Assembly (NCBI GenBank): GCA_964615995.1
Contig: CAZTSR010000017.1
Coordinates: 4,844-68,843, forward strand
Reading direction: 5' to 3'
Source of the DNA: an uncultured Bacteroidales bacterium
Lineage (GTDB): Bacteria; Bacteroidota; Bacteroidia; Bacteroidales; UBA10428
Length of the DNA: 64,000 nucleotides
The position numbers and the translations under genes are program-made. Under the pieces are notes generated by a model, which worked only from the letters and a program-made list of their open reading frames with translations, had not been told where the DNA came from and did no database searches. Below, piece by piece: positions 47,650-57,702 of the stretch (within the stretch, counting starts at the first letter, position 1; each line of letters begins with the position of its first letter).

Positions 47650-48970
47650 AACTCGACAGGAACTCTTTCCTGTATTCGATCTCCTTCAAAGGAAAGTGTT
47701 TCTTAAAGGCATTTTCAGATGCTGCGCCATGCTGGAATCTGCGCTTTTGATATACAGGCATATCCATACCGGTAACAGCTTTTACGCCGGCAGATACGAT
47801 TTGCCCTTTTAAATCATATAATTTGTTATGATCCCAGTTTGTCAGGTCGATGTATGGAATACCTTCGGAGATCTCAATCACATTAGGCAGGGTATATGGA
47901 CTGAATCCCTCAAATCCAAACAGTGCAGAAGGAGCAAGGGTACGCATGTATCCGCGACTCAATCCACCTGAGTATGTCAGTGAATGTTTAATGGATGCCA
48001 CACCCCAACCCTCATGGTAAAGCATCAGGTTATTGAGAACACTGCGGATGGTAAGCTCGGGGTTTTCCTCAATGGGATAATCTTTTAAGTTTTCATCTCC
48101 TCCTTCACCATCCAGAATGTATTTCCATTCAGGATATTTTGATCTGATTCCTTTTAATAAAGCCACGTTCATAGTAGCAGATTGAATATCAAGAGGTTTA
48201 TAATCCTCAACAATCTGAACAGTCTTTTTCCAGTCGAGGGTTTCGTAAGATACTTCAACAGGCTCGAGGAACATTTCAAGATTCAGTGCTTCCAGAAATT
48301 GCCTTGCCTGTACGAGATCCTCTCCTCCGCCGTCTATGCTCAGTGTAAAAGCTTTCAGACGTGAAGGGCTTTGTCCAAGCTCTCTCAGCGCATGGTATGT
48401 CAATAGAAAAACAGATCCGCTGTCGATTCCTGCAGAGAAAGTGACACCAACAGGACCTTGTGTGGCTCTGAATTGAAGCCATTTTTTAATTTCATTATAG
48501 AGTGTTCCTATATATCTCGTTTCAATAGCTTCCAGCTGATCTGTGCCGAATGCATTTCGTCTGGGAGTAAAGAACCGGTCGTATACCGGATTGGGGTCAG
48601 GACAACCCAGCAATTGTATGGTGGTGATATAATGAGCCGGAACCATGCGGGTATACGAAGGATGAAACTGATCATCAAGTTTCTCTTCAACCAGATATCT
48701 GAAAATCTCATCAATTCTTTCGGCAATAACCAGACTGGGTCCTGCTGCCTTTTTAGCAATAAAATAACGAAGGGGCCGTCCGATGGAACGGGCCATGCGG
48801 ATTGTCTTTCCATCTACCGATATCAATGCAAACTGTCCGTCGATATTTCTCACAGCCTCAGTATTACCGGTTTTTAGTACCGCTACTGCCTCTTCATGTG
48901 TCATGTTGTAGATCACATTTTTTGAGGGATCGGTGAGGTCTATTACTCTTTCAATATATTGATGGTCCAT
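47642..48970 (-). CDS. Asparagine-synthetase-like ATP-dependent (PP-loop) amidoligase lacking the N-terminal glutaminase Cys
   Basis: 442 aa. A remnant Ntn domain (DGQFALISVDGKTIRMARSIGRPLRYF) has no Cys2. The PP-loop variant is GVTFSAGIDSGSV. An 8-nt overlap joins it to the radical SAM gene. Confidence 0.75.
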   Translation of the reverse strand: MDHQYIERVIDLTDPSKNVIYNMTHEEAVAVLKTGNTEAVRNIDGQFALISVDGKTIRMARSIGRPLRYFIAKKAAGPSLVIAERIDEIFRYLVEEKLDDQFHPSYTRMVPAHYITTIQLLGCPDPNPVYDRFFTPRRNAFGTDQLEAIETRYIGTLYNEIKKWLQFRATQGPVGVTFSAGIDSGSVFLLTYHALRELGQSPSRLKAFTLSIDGGGEDLVQARQFLEALNLEMFLEPVEVSYETLDWKKTVQIVEDYKPLDIQSATMNVALLKGIRSKYPEWKYILDGEGGDENLKDYPIEENPELTIRSVLNNLMLYHEGWGVASIKHSLTYSGGLSRGYMRTLAPSALFGFEGFSPYTLPNVIEISEGIPYIDLTNWDHNKLYDLKGQIVSAGVKAVTGMDMPVYQKRRFQHGAASENAFKKHFPLKEIEYRKEFLSSYE

Positions 48971-48995
48971 ATAAAATTAAAATTATGCGTTAATA

Positions 48996-50663
48996 CTACT
49001 TTTGAGATGTTATTCCTGATCCTTCAGTTATTGTGATATACCGGTTTATGGGAATGCCGGTATAGCTTTCTTTCTTTCCACCAGTCCATTGCACTTCTAT
49101 CCTGTCAATGGATGATTGCTTACCCAAACCAACGTGAATCCGCGGATCCATATTACTCAGATAGGCGACAGCCCATTGATTCACAAATACCTGCTTTTTA
49201 TCACCTGAGTATACAGTAACTGTAGAAGCAATTGCAGCCGCCCGGCCTTTTTTACCTACAAGGGTAATTCCGAGCCAGTGATTTTTGTTTCCGCCGTCGT
49301 TGCGCAATAAAGTAGCAGCAGCCTTCAGGTCGACATGAGAAATAATTACGTCCAGGTCACCATCGTTGTCATAATCCCAAACGGCAAGTCCCCTGCCCGA
49401 CCGTTTTTCTGCAAAATAACTTCCGTGTTCAGGACCCACATTTTTAAAGGAGCCTTTACCATCGTTTTCTAACAACAACGGATATTGAAGAATAAGCGCT
49501 TCCCCGTTTCCATTGGCAGAAATGATATCCAGATCCCCGTCGTTATCGTAATCAAACATGGCAGCTGCCCAACCACCTTTACCGGCAAGAGGACCGGATA
49601 TACCGCTGGTTTCTGATATATCTTCAAACAAACCGTTGCCCAGATTGCGATAAAGCGATCCGTATTCCAGATCCACCACAAGAATATCTGTTAAACCATC
49701 ACCATCAACATCTCCTAAGGTACCATGCATAGAACCGGTAGGTTTACCCTGAGTGTTGCCTGCCACTCCAATATTTTTGGCAACTTCAACAAAAGTGCCT
49801 GAATCGTTGCGAAACATATAATTATACTGATGATCGTTGGCCTGATAGATATCCATGTCCCCATCTGTGTCATAATCATATGGGGTAAGTCCCATGCATT
49901 TGGAATCGGGGAAATAGAGGCTGTTTTCACGGGTCACATCCTTAAAAGTACCATCAGCCTGCTGTTCATACAGCATCGAGGCCTGTCCCTTATATTCAGA
50001 TGGATGCGGCATAAGTCCCGGCGTTTTTGTGGATATATACTTCGGATCAAAAGCTAGAAAGTTGCCTACCATGACGTCCAGCAATCCATCGTTGTTGTAA
50101 TCCCAGAATGAAGCACCAATACTCCACTTCACAAAACCGTTCAATGTATCGGGACCAGCAAGGGCAGGAAAATGGGCAGTGATATCCGTAAAAGTACCGT
50201 TTCCGTTATTTTGAAAAAACCGGTTTGGACCGTAATTCAGCAGGAGCAGATCATCGAAACCATCTTTGTTTAAATCGACAGGTGCTGCAGCCATGCTCCA
50301 GATGGAATCGCCCAGTCCGGATTGCATCGTAACATCTGCAAAAGTCCCATCACCATTGTTTTTATAGAGTCTGTCCGTAGAATTTTTAAAACCCAGACCA
50401 CCAGTATCAGATATCCCTTCAATATATGTACCGTTAAGCAGATACACATCCATAGCGCCATCATTGTTGTAATCAAAAATGGTTATACCGGAGCCGCTGC
50501 TTTCAAGAATATTTTCGTAGTGATAATCGCCAAAAGTGTATTTGAAATCAATACCTGCAGAAGAAGCCACGTCAGTAAACACGACCTTCTTTTCCTTGCA
50601 GCCTGCAGTGAAACAAACAACAAAAACTGTAAAAATCAGAAACAGAAAAGGATTTTTTTTCAT
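48996..50663 (-). CDS. FG-GAP/VCBS-repeat lipoprotein with a C-terminal ASPIC/UnbV domain (CRTAC1-like)
   Basis: Lipobox FTAGCKE. Repeated Ca-binding DxNxDGxxD loops (DYNNDGAMDV, DYDNDGDLDI…). The C-terminus NHWLGITLVGKKG…RIHVGLG…IEVQWTGG is ASPIC/UnbV-like. Confidence 0.85.
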   Translation of the reverse strand: MKKNPFLFLIFTVFVVCFTAGCKEKKVVFTDVASSAGIDFKYTFGDYHYENILESSGSGITIFDYNNDGAMDVYLLNGTYIEGISDTGGLGFKNSTDRLYKNNGDGTFADVTMQSGLGDSIWSMAAAPVDLNKDGFDDLLLLNYGPNRFFQNNGNGTFTDITAHFPALAGPDTLNGFVKWSIGASFWDYNNDGLLDVMVGNFLAFDPKYISTKTPGLMPHPSEYKGQASMLYEQQADGTFKDVTRENSLYFPDSKCMGLTPYDYDTDGDMDIYQANDHQYNYMFRNDSGTFVEVAKNIGVAGNTQGKPTGSMHGTLGDVDGDGLTDILVVDLEYGSLYRNLGNGLFEDISETSGISGPLAGKGGWAAAMFDYDNDGDLDIISANGNGEALILQYPLLLENDGKGSFKNVGPEHGSYFAEKRSGRGLAVWDYDNDGDLDVIISHVDLKAAATLLRNDGGNKNHWLGITLVGKKGRAAAIASTVTVYSGDKKQVFVNQWAVAYLSNMDPRIHVGLGKQSSIDRIEVQWTGGKKESYTGIPINRYITITEGSGITSQK

Positions 50664-50676
50664 AAGGAAAGCGTTC

Positions 50677-53600
50677 TTATTTTAATGCGTTTAAAAAGGG
50701 TTCCGCAGTAACTACACGGGTATTATACTTCCGGTTGTATTCTTTTAATACAGGATCATCGGGATAAGATTGATTTTCCGCAGGCGGATAGGAACCCATT
50801 CCATGCCATGGCAGTGGCAGTACAGTGCTTCCGGTAGCTGTGTTCAAATCGCCATCTTTAACCCAGCCCACACTGTGGATTAGAAAGTCGCGCTTCCAGC
50901 CTGGTTTCAATGGGGGGAGATTCCCGGCATTAAATACAACGGTAGTCTCATCTCCAGCATTGCTGATGATATACTGGTTGTCCGATCCCTGAAGTAGCGG
51001 CAATACATCTCCATATCTGGTATAGCAACCTTCAAGGTCATGCCATTTGGTTGCGGTGCTTACCTTGCTATAGTCGAACCAATGAGGTCCGAACCTTCCA
51101 CCCTTTCTGTACAATTCAGAAAATCCACGGTAATGGATATCGGCCTTCATAGGTTTCATGGGGGTTTTGACAACTGACACACCCGGAACCATACTTCCGA
51201 AAAAGATATGATCCCAGTATATTTCCATGTTGGTTACAATGCGAACACGATGATCGGCAGACAAAAACTTCCCGGAAAGGTCAATGACCATGGTCTTATC
51301 TTTTCCCATTGGAAAGCCCGCCTGATCGATAACAGTGACCCATTTCCCCTGTTTGTTCAGGACCTGAACAACAGGCGAATGAACCTGAACCGCCTTTGTT
51401 TGTGAAAGCGCCACATTAATACTGGCATCGGTAGGAAATATCCATCCATTCATAAACAACACCAGATTTTTTGGATCAACGTTCTTCCCGGGATCAAGAA
51501 TCAGAGTTTTCATATCTACCACACCCTGGTAGCGTGCAGGTTTCAAATCGGACAGGTAGACATCATCTTCGGCACTTATAAATGACAGTACATTGTTGTT
51601 TTGTTCATCCACCGCCGATATGGGTGCAATCTTATCTTTAATGATATAAATTTGATCGCCCGGGAAAGGAGGCGGTGTAAACTGTTCAGGTACAAAAAAG
51701 TCAATCGTCTGCGGATAATCCACAGCAACCAGCTCCAGTTCATCAAAATAGATGGTTTCCCAGAGTTCTGAGGTAATCTGTAGTGTATAAGTGCCGTTTT
51801 TTGGTTGCATCTGTTCAGCAGGAATCTTAATATAGTCGTCCGATGCATCGGCAAAACCATATTTTGTAGTTCCCCCCATGATGCCCAGAGGCATTCCAAG
51901 AGCACTTCTCCATAAGATATCCTTTACAAATGCAAATTCTTTACCATTCCATGCATACAAAAACGGACATGAACCTTTTAAAGTTTGTGATTCTACAAGC
52001 GATTGATCAGAACCCGGCATGAAAATATTCTGCGGCACGCCATTGGTCCATGTTATTCTCACCACATCGGCCTGGGTACGATTTCCCAGTCCAAAATGAA
52101 CATTGGGATCAGTAACAACCATGGTCTGATATAGTGTTCCGGAACGCATTTCGATTTTAGCACCAATGCCAAAATGGTTGTTTTTTGCGCTGCCAGCTTT
52201 CAGACCTACCAGTTTCATTTTCAGAAAGTGATTCTGGTTTCCCCCGTCATTTCTGTATAAAAAGCTTCCTGCGTATAGTCCGGCAATGCCAAGGTCAATA
52301 TCTCCATCATCGTTGTAGTCAAACAGGGCAATCTGATGTGCAGGTTTTGTAACTTCCGGCATCAGATCACTTTTATCTGAGAAGACTCCCTTTCCGTCAT
52401 TTTGAAATATCCGTAAGGATTTACCCTGGGGTTCGGATGATTTTCCTGCCAGGACAATATCCAGAAACCCATCATTATTGTAATCAAAAAACCGTGCCTG
52501 ATATCCATTAAAGCCGCTTAATCCGGTAAAAGACTTTACCGCCTTATCATCCGATTTAAAGTGACCGTCTTTCAGGTTTTGCATGAGCTGATATTTCCCT
52601 TTGGTGCTGCCAAAGAAGAGATCGATAAAACCATCATTGTTGTAATCCCCAACGGCTACAAAGTCGGCTCCGGATAAGCCTTCCAAACCATTTTCAGAGG
52701 CCATATCTTTAAACTTTCCCTGACGCTGATTCAGATACAATGATACCGGAGCATTTTCACGGGTAACAACAAAATCGATATCCTCATCTCCGTCAAAGTC
52801 CCCAAAAGCACCATCGGTAGTGTTCTGATTGCCACCAGAAATACCCATAACAGATGCCTGTTCGGTAAACGATCCATCGGCATTGTTGCGATATAAAAGA
52901 TCAGCACCCTTCTTCAAAATCAGGAGATCGAGATCGCCATCATGATCAATATCAAAGAACAATGCCTTATTTCCACCAGTTTTATCGGTAATACCTGATT
53001 TTTGCGTAACATCCTTAAAGGTGCCAGCTCCGGCATTCCGGTATAATATATTTCCGCCTTCCTTCAGTATGAAAAGGTCCAGAAAACCATCATTGTCAAA
53101 GTCAGCAAAGGTAGCATCCGATTCCCTTCCCGAATGATTAATGCCTGCTTCAGCAGTAATATCAAGAAACCGTCCCATTTCATTGGTAAAAAGGAAGTGC
53201 TTATATGCAGATGAAGCACCATCAAAGCTTCCTGTATAAATATCTATATCCCCGTCACTATCGAAGTCAGCAGCTTCCATATGCGCATATGCAGGCTTAT
53301 CAGGAAGCTCAGATGGTTCTGTAACGAGGTTCAGGCCCACAGTGGTGGTTATATCCGTAAAACGGATAATACCATCCATAACAGTATTATTATCAGGGTT
53401 TTGCGCTTGCTGATCGAGCGTAATCAGCGGAAATCCAATAAGTGAACCGCCAGGACCTTTCAAATCCATAATGCTGGCCTGATAAGGAGATGACACTTTC
53501 AGGTAATTATGAAAGACCATGAAAGGAACAAGAGCGTTTTCAGCATTGCCCTGTTTGAGGAATTCCATTGTTTTTTCAAAATACGAAACGGCTTCAGCAG

Positions 53601-54234
53601 GAAAATCCGGAAATTGTTTCTGAATCAGGGCCAGTTCAGAAAGCGCATCGTCAGAAGCGCCTTTTCTGATGTATATTTCGGTCAGGTTTAAATGAGCAAC
53701 AAGATTTTCGGGAGCCTTCCGGGCCAGTTGAAGCATATAGTCCTCCCTTTGTTTTTTAGAATCTTCATCATTCTGTGATGCCAGTATTTCCGTGAGCTCG
53801 TAAAGCGCTTTGATATGATCAGGTTGGCTTTTCAAAGCCTCTTTAAGTTGTATCACAGCCTGATCAGGCTTTTCATCCATCTTATAAACTGTTGCAAGAA
53901 TAAGCCGGATATCAGCATCATCAGGAGCGATGCGCAGAGCTTTGTTCAGTTGTTTTTCAGCCTCTGCATATTTGGCCATACGCAGGTAAGTGAGTCCGAG
54001 GTTAGCATAACCCAGTTTCTCTTTAGGTGCCAGCTTAATAAATTTGAGAAATTCGGCTTCGGCCTTTTCAAGCTCAAACTCCTCAAGATAGGCAAGTCCT
54101 AATGTTTTCGATGAGATCAGATCCTTCGCCTTTTGTGCTTTCTTTTCCTCGCTGTTTCCGCAACCGGCTAACATAATGCAGCACATTGCTGTCAGAATGA
54201 ACAGATTCCTTTTATAAACAAAGGTATTTCTCAT
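50677..54234 (-). CDS. Large lipoprotein: TPR repeats + FG-GAP/VCBS repeats + ASPIC/UnbV domain + ~480-aa C-terminal domain of unknown function
   Basis: 1185 aa with lipobox MLAGCGN. The N-terminal ~250 aa are TPR-like. There are multiple DFDxDGDxD loops. The ASPIC/UnbV part is NHFLKMKLVG…VHFGLG…RITWTNG. Then comes CPFLYAWNGKEFAFVKD and a long unassigned tail. Confidence 0.85.
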   Translation of the reverse strand: MRNTFVYKRNLFILTAMCCIMLAGCGNSEEKKAQKAKDLISSKTLGLAYLEEFELEKAEAEFLKFIKLAPKEKLGYANLGLTYLRMAKYAEAEKQLNKALRIAPDDADIRLILATVYKMDEKPDQAVIQLKEALKSQPDHIKALYELTEILASQNDEDSKKQREDYMLQLARKAPENLVAHLNLTEIYIRKGASDDALSELALIQKQFPDFPAEAVSYFEKTMEFLKQGNAENALVPFMVFHNYLKVSSPYQASIMDLKGPGGSLIGFPLITLDQQAQNPDNNTVMDGIIRFTDITTTVGLNLVTEPSELPDKPAYAHMEAADFDSDGDIDIYTGSFDGASSAYKHFLFTNEMGRFLDITAEAGINHSGRESDATFADFDNDGFLDLFILKEGGNILYRNAGAGTFKDVTQKSGITDKTGGNKALFFDIDHDGDLDLLILKKGADLLYRNNADGSFTEQASVMGISGGNQNTTDGAFGDFDGDEDIDFVVTRENAPVSLYLNQRQGKFKDMASENGLEGLSGADFVAVGDYNNDGFIDLFFGSTKGKYQLMQNLKDGHFKSDDKAVKSFTGLSGFNGYQARFFDYNNDGFLDIVLAGKSSEPQGKSLRIFQNDGKGVFSDKSDLMPEVTKPAHQIALFDYNDDGDIDLGIAGLYAGSFLYRNDGGNQNHFLKMKLVGLKAGSAKNNHFGIGAKIEMRSGTLYQTMVVTDPNVHFGLGNRTQADVVRITWTNGVPQNIFMPGSDQSLVESQTLKGSCPFLYAWNGKEFAFVKDILWRSALGMPLGIMGGTTKYGFADASDDYIKIPAEQMQPKNGTYTLQITSELWETIYFDELELVAVDYPQTIDFFVPEQFTPPPFPGDQIYIIKDKIAPISAVDEQNNNVLSFISAEDDVYLSDLKPARYQGVVDMKTLILDPGKNVDPKNLVLFMNGWIFPTDASINVALSQTKAVQVHSPVVQVLNKQGKWVTVIDQAGFPMGKDKTMVIDLSGKFLSADHRVRIVTNMEIYWDHIFFGSMVPGVSVVKTPMKPMKADIHYRGFSELYRKGGRFGPHWFDYSKVSTATKWHDLEGCYTRYGDVLPLLQGSDNQYIISNAGDETTVVFNAGNLPPLKPGWKRDFLIHSVGWVKDGDLNTATGSTVLPLPWHGMGSYPPAENQSYPDDPVLKEYNRKYNTRVVTAEPFLNALK

Positions 54235-54359
54235 AGTCAGGCTTTATTTTCAATGAATATCCCGGGATTCCGGAGGCCGAAAGTTAATCATTTCAGGGGA
54301 TGTATGCCAGATAATAGGTACAATTTAACTTGGCCCCGCTAATCGCAAGAAATATATTA

Positions 54360-55478
54360 CTAATGAGTTGACGTAACAACCAGCTTTTCGATCCGATTGC
54401 CATTCTGATCAAAACGCACCGTACCGGTAACACCATCAAAACTGATCTTGTACAGTGCATCCTGTATTTTCTGACGGTCTGAATCTCCGGCCATTTTAAT
54501 GGCATTTATTAAAACTGACGTAGCGTCAAAGGCATAGGAAGCAACCAACCCCGGATAACTTCCATATTTCTTATAAAAGAGATCCTGAAATAATGCATAG
54601 ACGCTGCCTTTCTTTTCATTGTGGGTGATTTTCAAAACACCGGCTAATTCTTTGATTTCAGCTTCTTTGAGTTCATTTTCATTGAAAACGGCAATTGTTC
54701 CATAGAGAGGGACTGAGATTCCTTTTTGTTTCAAGCTGCGGGTGATTTTCAAGGTATTTGAAGGCGTGCAGAAAATTAAAACACATTGTGCCCTGGCAGA
54801 TTTTAACTGATCAGCCAGGCCTGCCGGATTTGCAGCATAATCCTCAAACCGGTATTGAAACGGGTTCGATTTCACAAGTTTTTTAGAACGCTGAAGGTAA
54901 TATTTCAGTGACAGGCTGCTGTCGTACACTTTATCAGAAATGATGGCCACCTTAGTATATTTCCGAAGGTTATGGATCTCCTGAATCAATGCATCTGCCT
55001 GCTGAATGTCATTTGGTACAACATTGAAAAACCAGGGAACATATGCCTGGGATAGTGTTGGATCGCTGGACCAGGCAGAAACAAAAACAACGATGGACTT
55101 GGTGGCGGCTTGCTCTACCAAATGTGCATTTCGTCCGTCATGCGATCCAATCAAAGCCCAAACCTGATCTTCCCAAATGAGGTCCACTGCCATTTTGGAT
55201 CCTGTTCCCCAGGGTCCTTCCATATTTTTAGTCAGCAATTGGAAGGGTCGCCCTTTAAGTCCGCCATTTTTGTTAGCCAGCGAAATGGCAATTTCAGCAC
55301 CACGAATAGCAGAAACCGAAGCCTTATCCTGAACCAGCAAACCCAGCTTTACCGGTTCCTTTATCGCTTTTAAAGGCGGATGAACCGCATAAAGGTGAAA
55401 ACCGGTAAAAAACAACAAAAGGCACAAACAAAGCTTTTTTACTGCTTGTGCCTTAAAATGAAGCGAATACTTTTTCAT
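54360..55478 (-). CDS. Type-1 periplasmic binding protein (Leu/Ile/Val-binding-like solute-binding protein), orphan
   Basis: Start taken at the ATG 55478 (MKKYSLHF…), which gives a signal peptide. The PBP1-like pattern is VKLGLLVQD…GPWGTGS…. There is no ABC permease or ATPase gene in the window. Confidence 0.75.
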   Translation of the reverse strand: MKKYSLHFKAQAVKKLCLCLLLFFTGFHLYAVHPPLKAIKEPVKLGLLVQDKASVSAIRGAEIAISLANKNGGLKGRPFQLLTKNMEGPWGTGSKMAVDLIWEDQVWALIGSHDGRNAHLVEQAATKSIVVFVSAWSSDPTLSQAYVPWFFNVVPNDIQQADALIQEIHNLRKYTKVAIISDKVYDSSLSLKYYLQRSKKLVKSNPFQYRFEDYAANPAGLADQLKSARAQCVLIFCTPSNTLKITRSLKQKGISVPLYGTIAVFNENELKEAEIKELAGVLKITHNEKKGSVYALFQDLFYKKYGSYPGLVASYAFDATSVLINAIKMAGDSDRQKIQDALYKISFDGVTGTVRFDQNGNRIEKLVVTSTH

Positions 55479-55508
55479 GATACAGGTTAACAAACCATCT
55501 TACAAGGA

Positions 55509-56372
55509 TTATGCAATAAATCTTCCAACCGCCTCAGCGATTTTGTTTAAATCGCTCATTAACGCACTGAATTCAGCAGGGCTGAGGGATTGTTTTCCAT
55601 CGCACAATGCTTCTTCAGGTTTGCAATGAACTTCCATGATAAGACCGTCGGCTCCTGCAGCAATGGCAGCTTTTGCCATTGAAGGAACCATCCATCTTAA
55701 ACCTGTTGCATGACTTGGATCAACGATTACAGGCAATCCGGTACGGCTTTTAAGCATAGGAATAGCACTGATATCAAGCGTATTGCGTGTAGAATTTTCA
55801 AAAGTCCTTATTCCTCTTTCACACAGAACAACCTGATCATTTCCTTGTGACAGAATGTATTCGGAAGCCAGTAAAAATTCATCAATGGTAGCCATCAAGC
55901 CGCGTTTCAGAAGGACAGGCTTCCGGATCATGCCGATTTCTTTCAGTAAGGAGTAATTCTGCATGTTGCGTGAACCAATCTGAATCATGTCCGCATATCG
56001 GCATACCACATCAATCTGCCGGACATCCATTACCTCAGTGACCACAGGAATTCCAAGTATGGTACCCACTTCATGGAGCAATTTCAGTCCCTCTTCTCCC
56101 AAACCCTGAAAGCTATGTGGTGAAGATCTGGGTTTAAAAGCACCGCCTCGTAAAATCCGCGCATTGCTTTTTTTAACGGAAACGGCTGTTTCATTCAGTT
56201 GTTGAAAATTTTCAACGGCACAGGGGCCGGCAATTACTACGATTCCCCTTCCGCCAATTTCAACATCGTTCACATGAACAAGGGTACTAAGAGTGCTGGA
56301 GTTTTCCATGATTTCTCCGGGCAAAGAATCTTTTGACGATCCCTCCACATTACACACATTTGTTTCCATCAC
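55509..56372 (-). CDS. 3-deoxy-7-phosphoheptulonate (DAHP) synthase, type I-beta, stand-alone
   Basis: Motifs [38 protein letters not shown] and CDGKQS. There is no fused chorismate mutase or regulatory domain beyond ~25 N-terminal residues. Confidence 0.9.
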   Translation of the reverse strand: MMETNVCNVEGSSKDSLPGEIMENSSTLSTLVHVNDVEIGGRGIVVIAGPCAVENFQQLNETAVSVKKSNARILRGGAFKPRSSPHSFQGLGEEGLKLLHEVGTILGIPVVTEVMDVRQIDVVCRYADMIQIGSRNMQNYSLLKEIGMIRKPVLLKRGLMATIDEFLLASEYILSQGNDQVVLCERGIRTFENSTRNTLDISAIPMLKSRTGLPVIVDPSHATGLRWMVPSMAKAAIAAGADGLIMEVHCKPEEALCDGKQSLSPAEFSALMSDLNKIAEAVGRFIA

Positions 56373-56397
56373 AATAAGTATTTTTATACAAAGATCA

Positions 56398-57690
56398 TTA
56401 CTGAATCACCCTATGATAAGGTGGTGCAGGTGTAAATTCAAATTTTCCGTTGTTGATTTTAACCATATAAATATTTCTGACATTATTAAACGTAGCGTCC
56501 AAAACAATAGGTCCGGAAGCACCAGTATAGTTATAAAAGGTTGCAGGGGCGGTTAATTTATCTCTTATAAGAGCCCTGTTTAACCCTGCCAATTCTATGG
56601 ATTTTATGATCATGCTCATTCCATCATAAGCATGTACGGCAAACACATCTGGTTCCATTCCGTATTTCTTCCTGTAATTTTCTTTAAAGGTTTTCCACTT
56701 GGAGTCCGTTGATGTGGGATTGTACTGGCAGGTAGCTGTGACTCCATTAGCCAGGCTTCCAGCAGTTTTAAGAAAGATGGGATTTACCACCCTGTCACAA
56801 CAATAGACTGGCTGATTCATACCTGAATTTCGTAGAGATTTCAATATGAGGCCGAGTTCTTTTGGACTGCCCCACATAACAATAGCATCTGGTTTTGAAA
56901 GTTTCATTCTGCTAATCTGTTCTGAGAAGTTGGTCTCACCATCACTGAACCGTTCTTCAATAATAGGAGGAAAACCCAATCGAGTTGCTGTTTTATTAAA
57001 GTGCATAATACCAACTCTTCCATAACGGCTGTTTACTCTGATTACAGCGATACGCTTATGATGATCAAGATTATATACACTATTTGCCAAGGCATAACCA
57101 CTCTGACGATCATCAGGAATTACACGTGTTACCCATGGAATATTGGTCTCGGTGAATGTAGGATCCGGATCACCTGCACAAACCATAGGTATTTCAAGTT
57201 TCAGTGTGGCCCGGATGGCCACATGAGATACGATATCATCAATGGATCCCAACCAGGCCCATACGCCTTCATCATCCATTTTCACAATTTCATTCGCAGC
57301 CGCTCCCCACAAACCAACATCATTATGAACCATCATTTTGTATGGAATTCCTTTATAGCCGCCTCTTTTATTGGCTTCATCAATTGCCATTTGAGCGCCT
57401 TGTTTCATTTGTATGCCATAAGCTATAATATTGGATCCTTCCAAAGGTCCCAGAAAACCAATTCTCACTTCTTTTAATCCAACTGGTGCAGGCTCTTCCC
57501 GCCCATAACCATAAAACTCCGTAGGTATAAGGAAATGGTATTTGTAAGCCTTCTGATATTTTCCATAGGCCACATAAGTTTCAGGTATATTGCCATAGTT
57601 TTCAATTTTGGGTTGTTGTCCCAATGTAAGGGAAGTCCACAAAAACAAGAGAACAAATGACAACAAAGTTGATGATGTAATATGTTTCAT
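56398..57690 (-). CDS. Type-1 periplasmic binding protein (Leu/Ile/Val-binding-like), orphan
   Basis: 430 aa with a signal peptide. The PBP1 pattern is [12 protein letters not shown]…[16 protein letters not shown]…. Confidence 0.8.
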   Translation of the reverse strand: MKHITSSTLLSFVLLFLWTSLTLGQQPKIENYGNIPETYVAYGKYQKAYKYHFLIPTEFYGYGREEPAPVGLKEVRIGFLGPLEGSNIIAYGIQMKQGAQMAIDEANKRGGYKGIPYKMMVHNDVGLWGAAANEIVKMDDEGVWAWLGSIDDIVSHVAIRATLKLEIPMVCAGDPDPTFTETNIPWVTRVIPDDRQSGYALANSVYNLDHHKRIAVIRVNSRYGRVGIMHFNKTATRLGFPPIIEERFSDGETNFSEQISRMKLSKPDAIVMWGSPKELGLILKSLRNSGMNQPVYCCDRVVNPIFLKTAGSLANGVTATCQYNPTSTDSKWKTFKENYRKKYGMEPDVFAVHAYDGMSMIIKSIELAGLNRALIRDKLTAPATFYNYTGASGPIVLDATFNNVRNIYMVKINNGKFEFTPAPPYHRVIQ

Positions 57691-57702
57691 AGTGGTGATA
57701 CT

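Noticed and set aside
46699-48970. Lasso-peptide or other RiPP cluster (AsnB-like cyclase + rSAM)
   Set aside because: There is no transglutaminase-like leader peptidase (B protein), RRE or obvious precursor ORF nearby, and the AsnB-like protein is shorter than typical lasso cyclases. This cannot be excluded without scanning ORFs under 60 aa, so it remains only a remark inside the rSAM finding.
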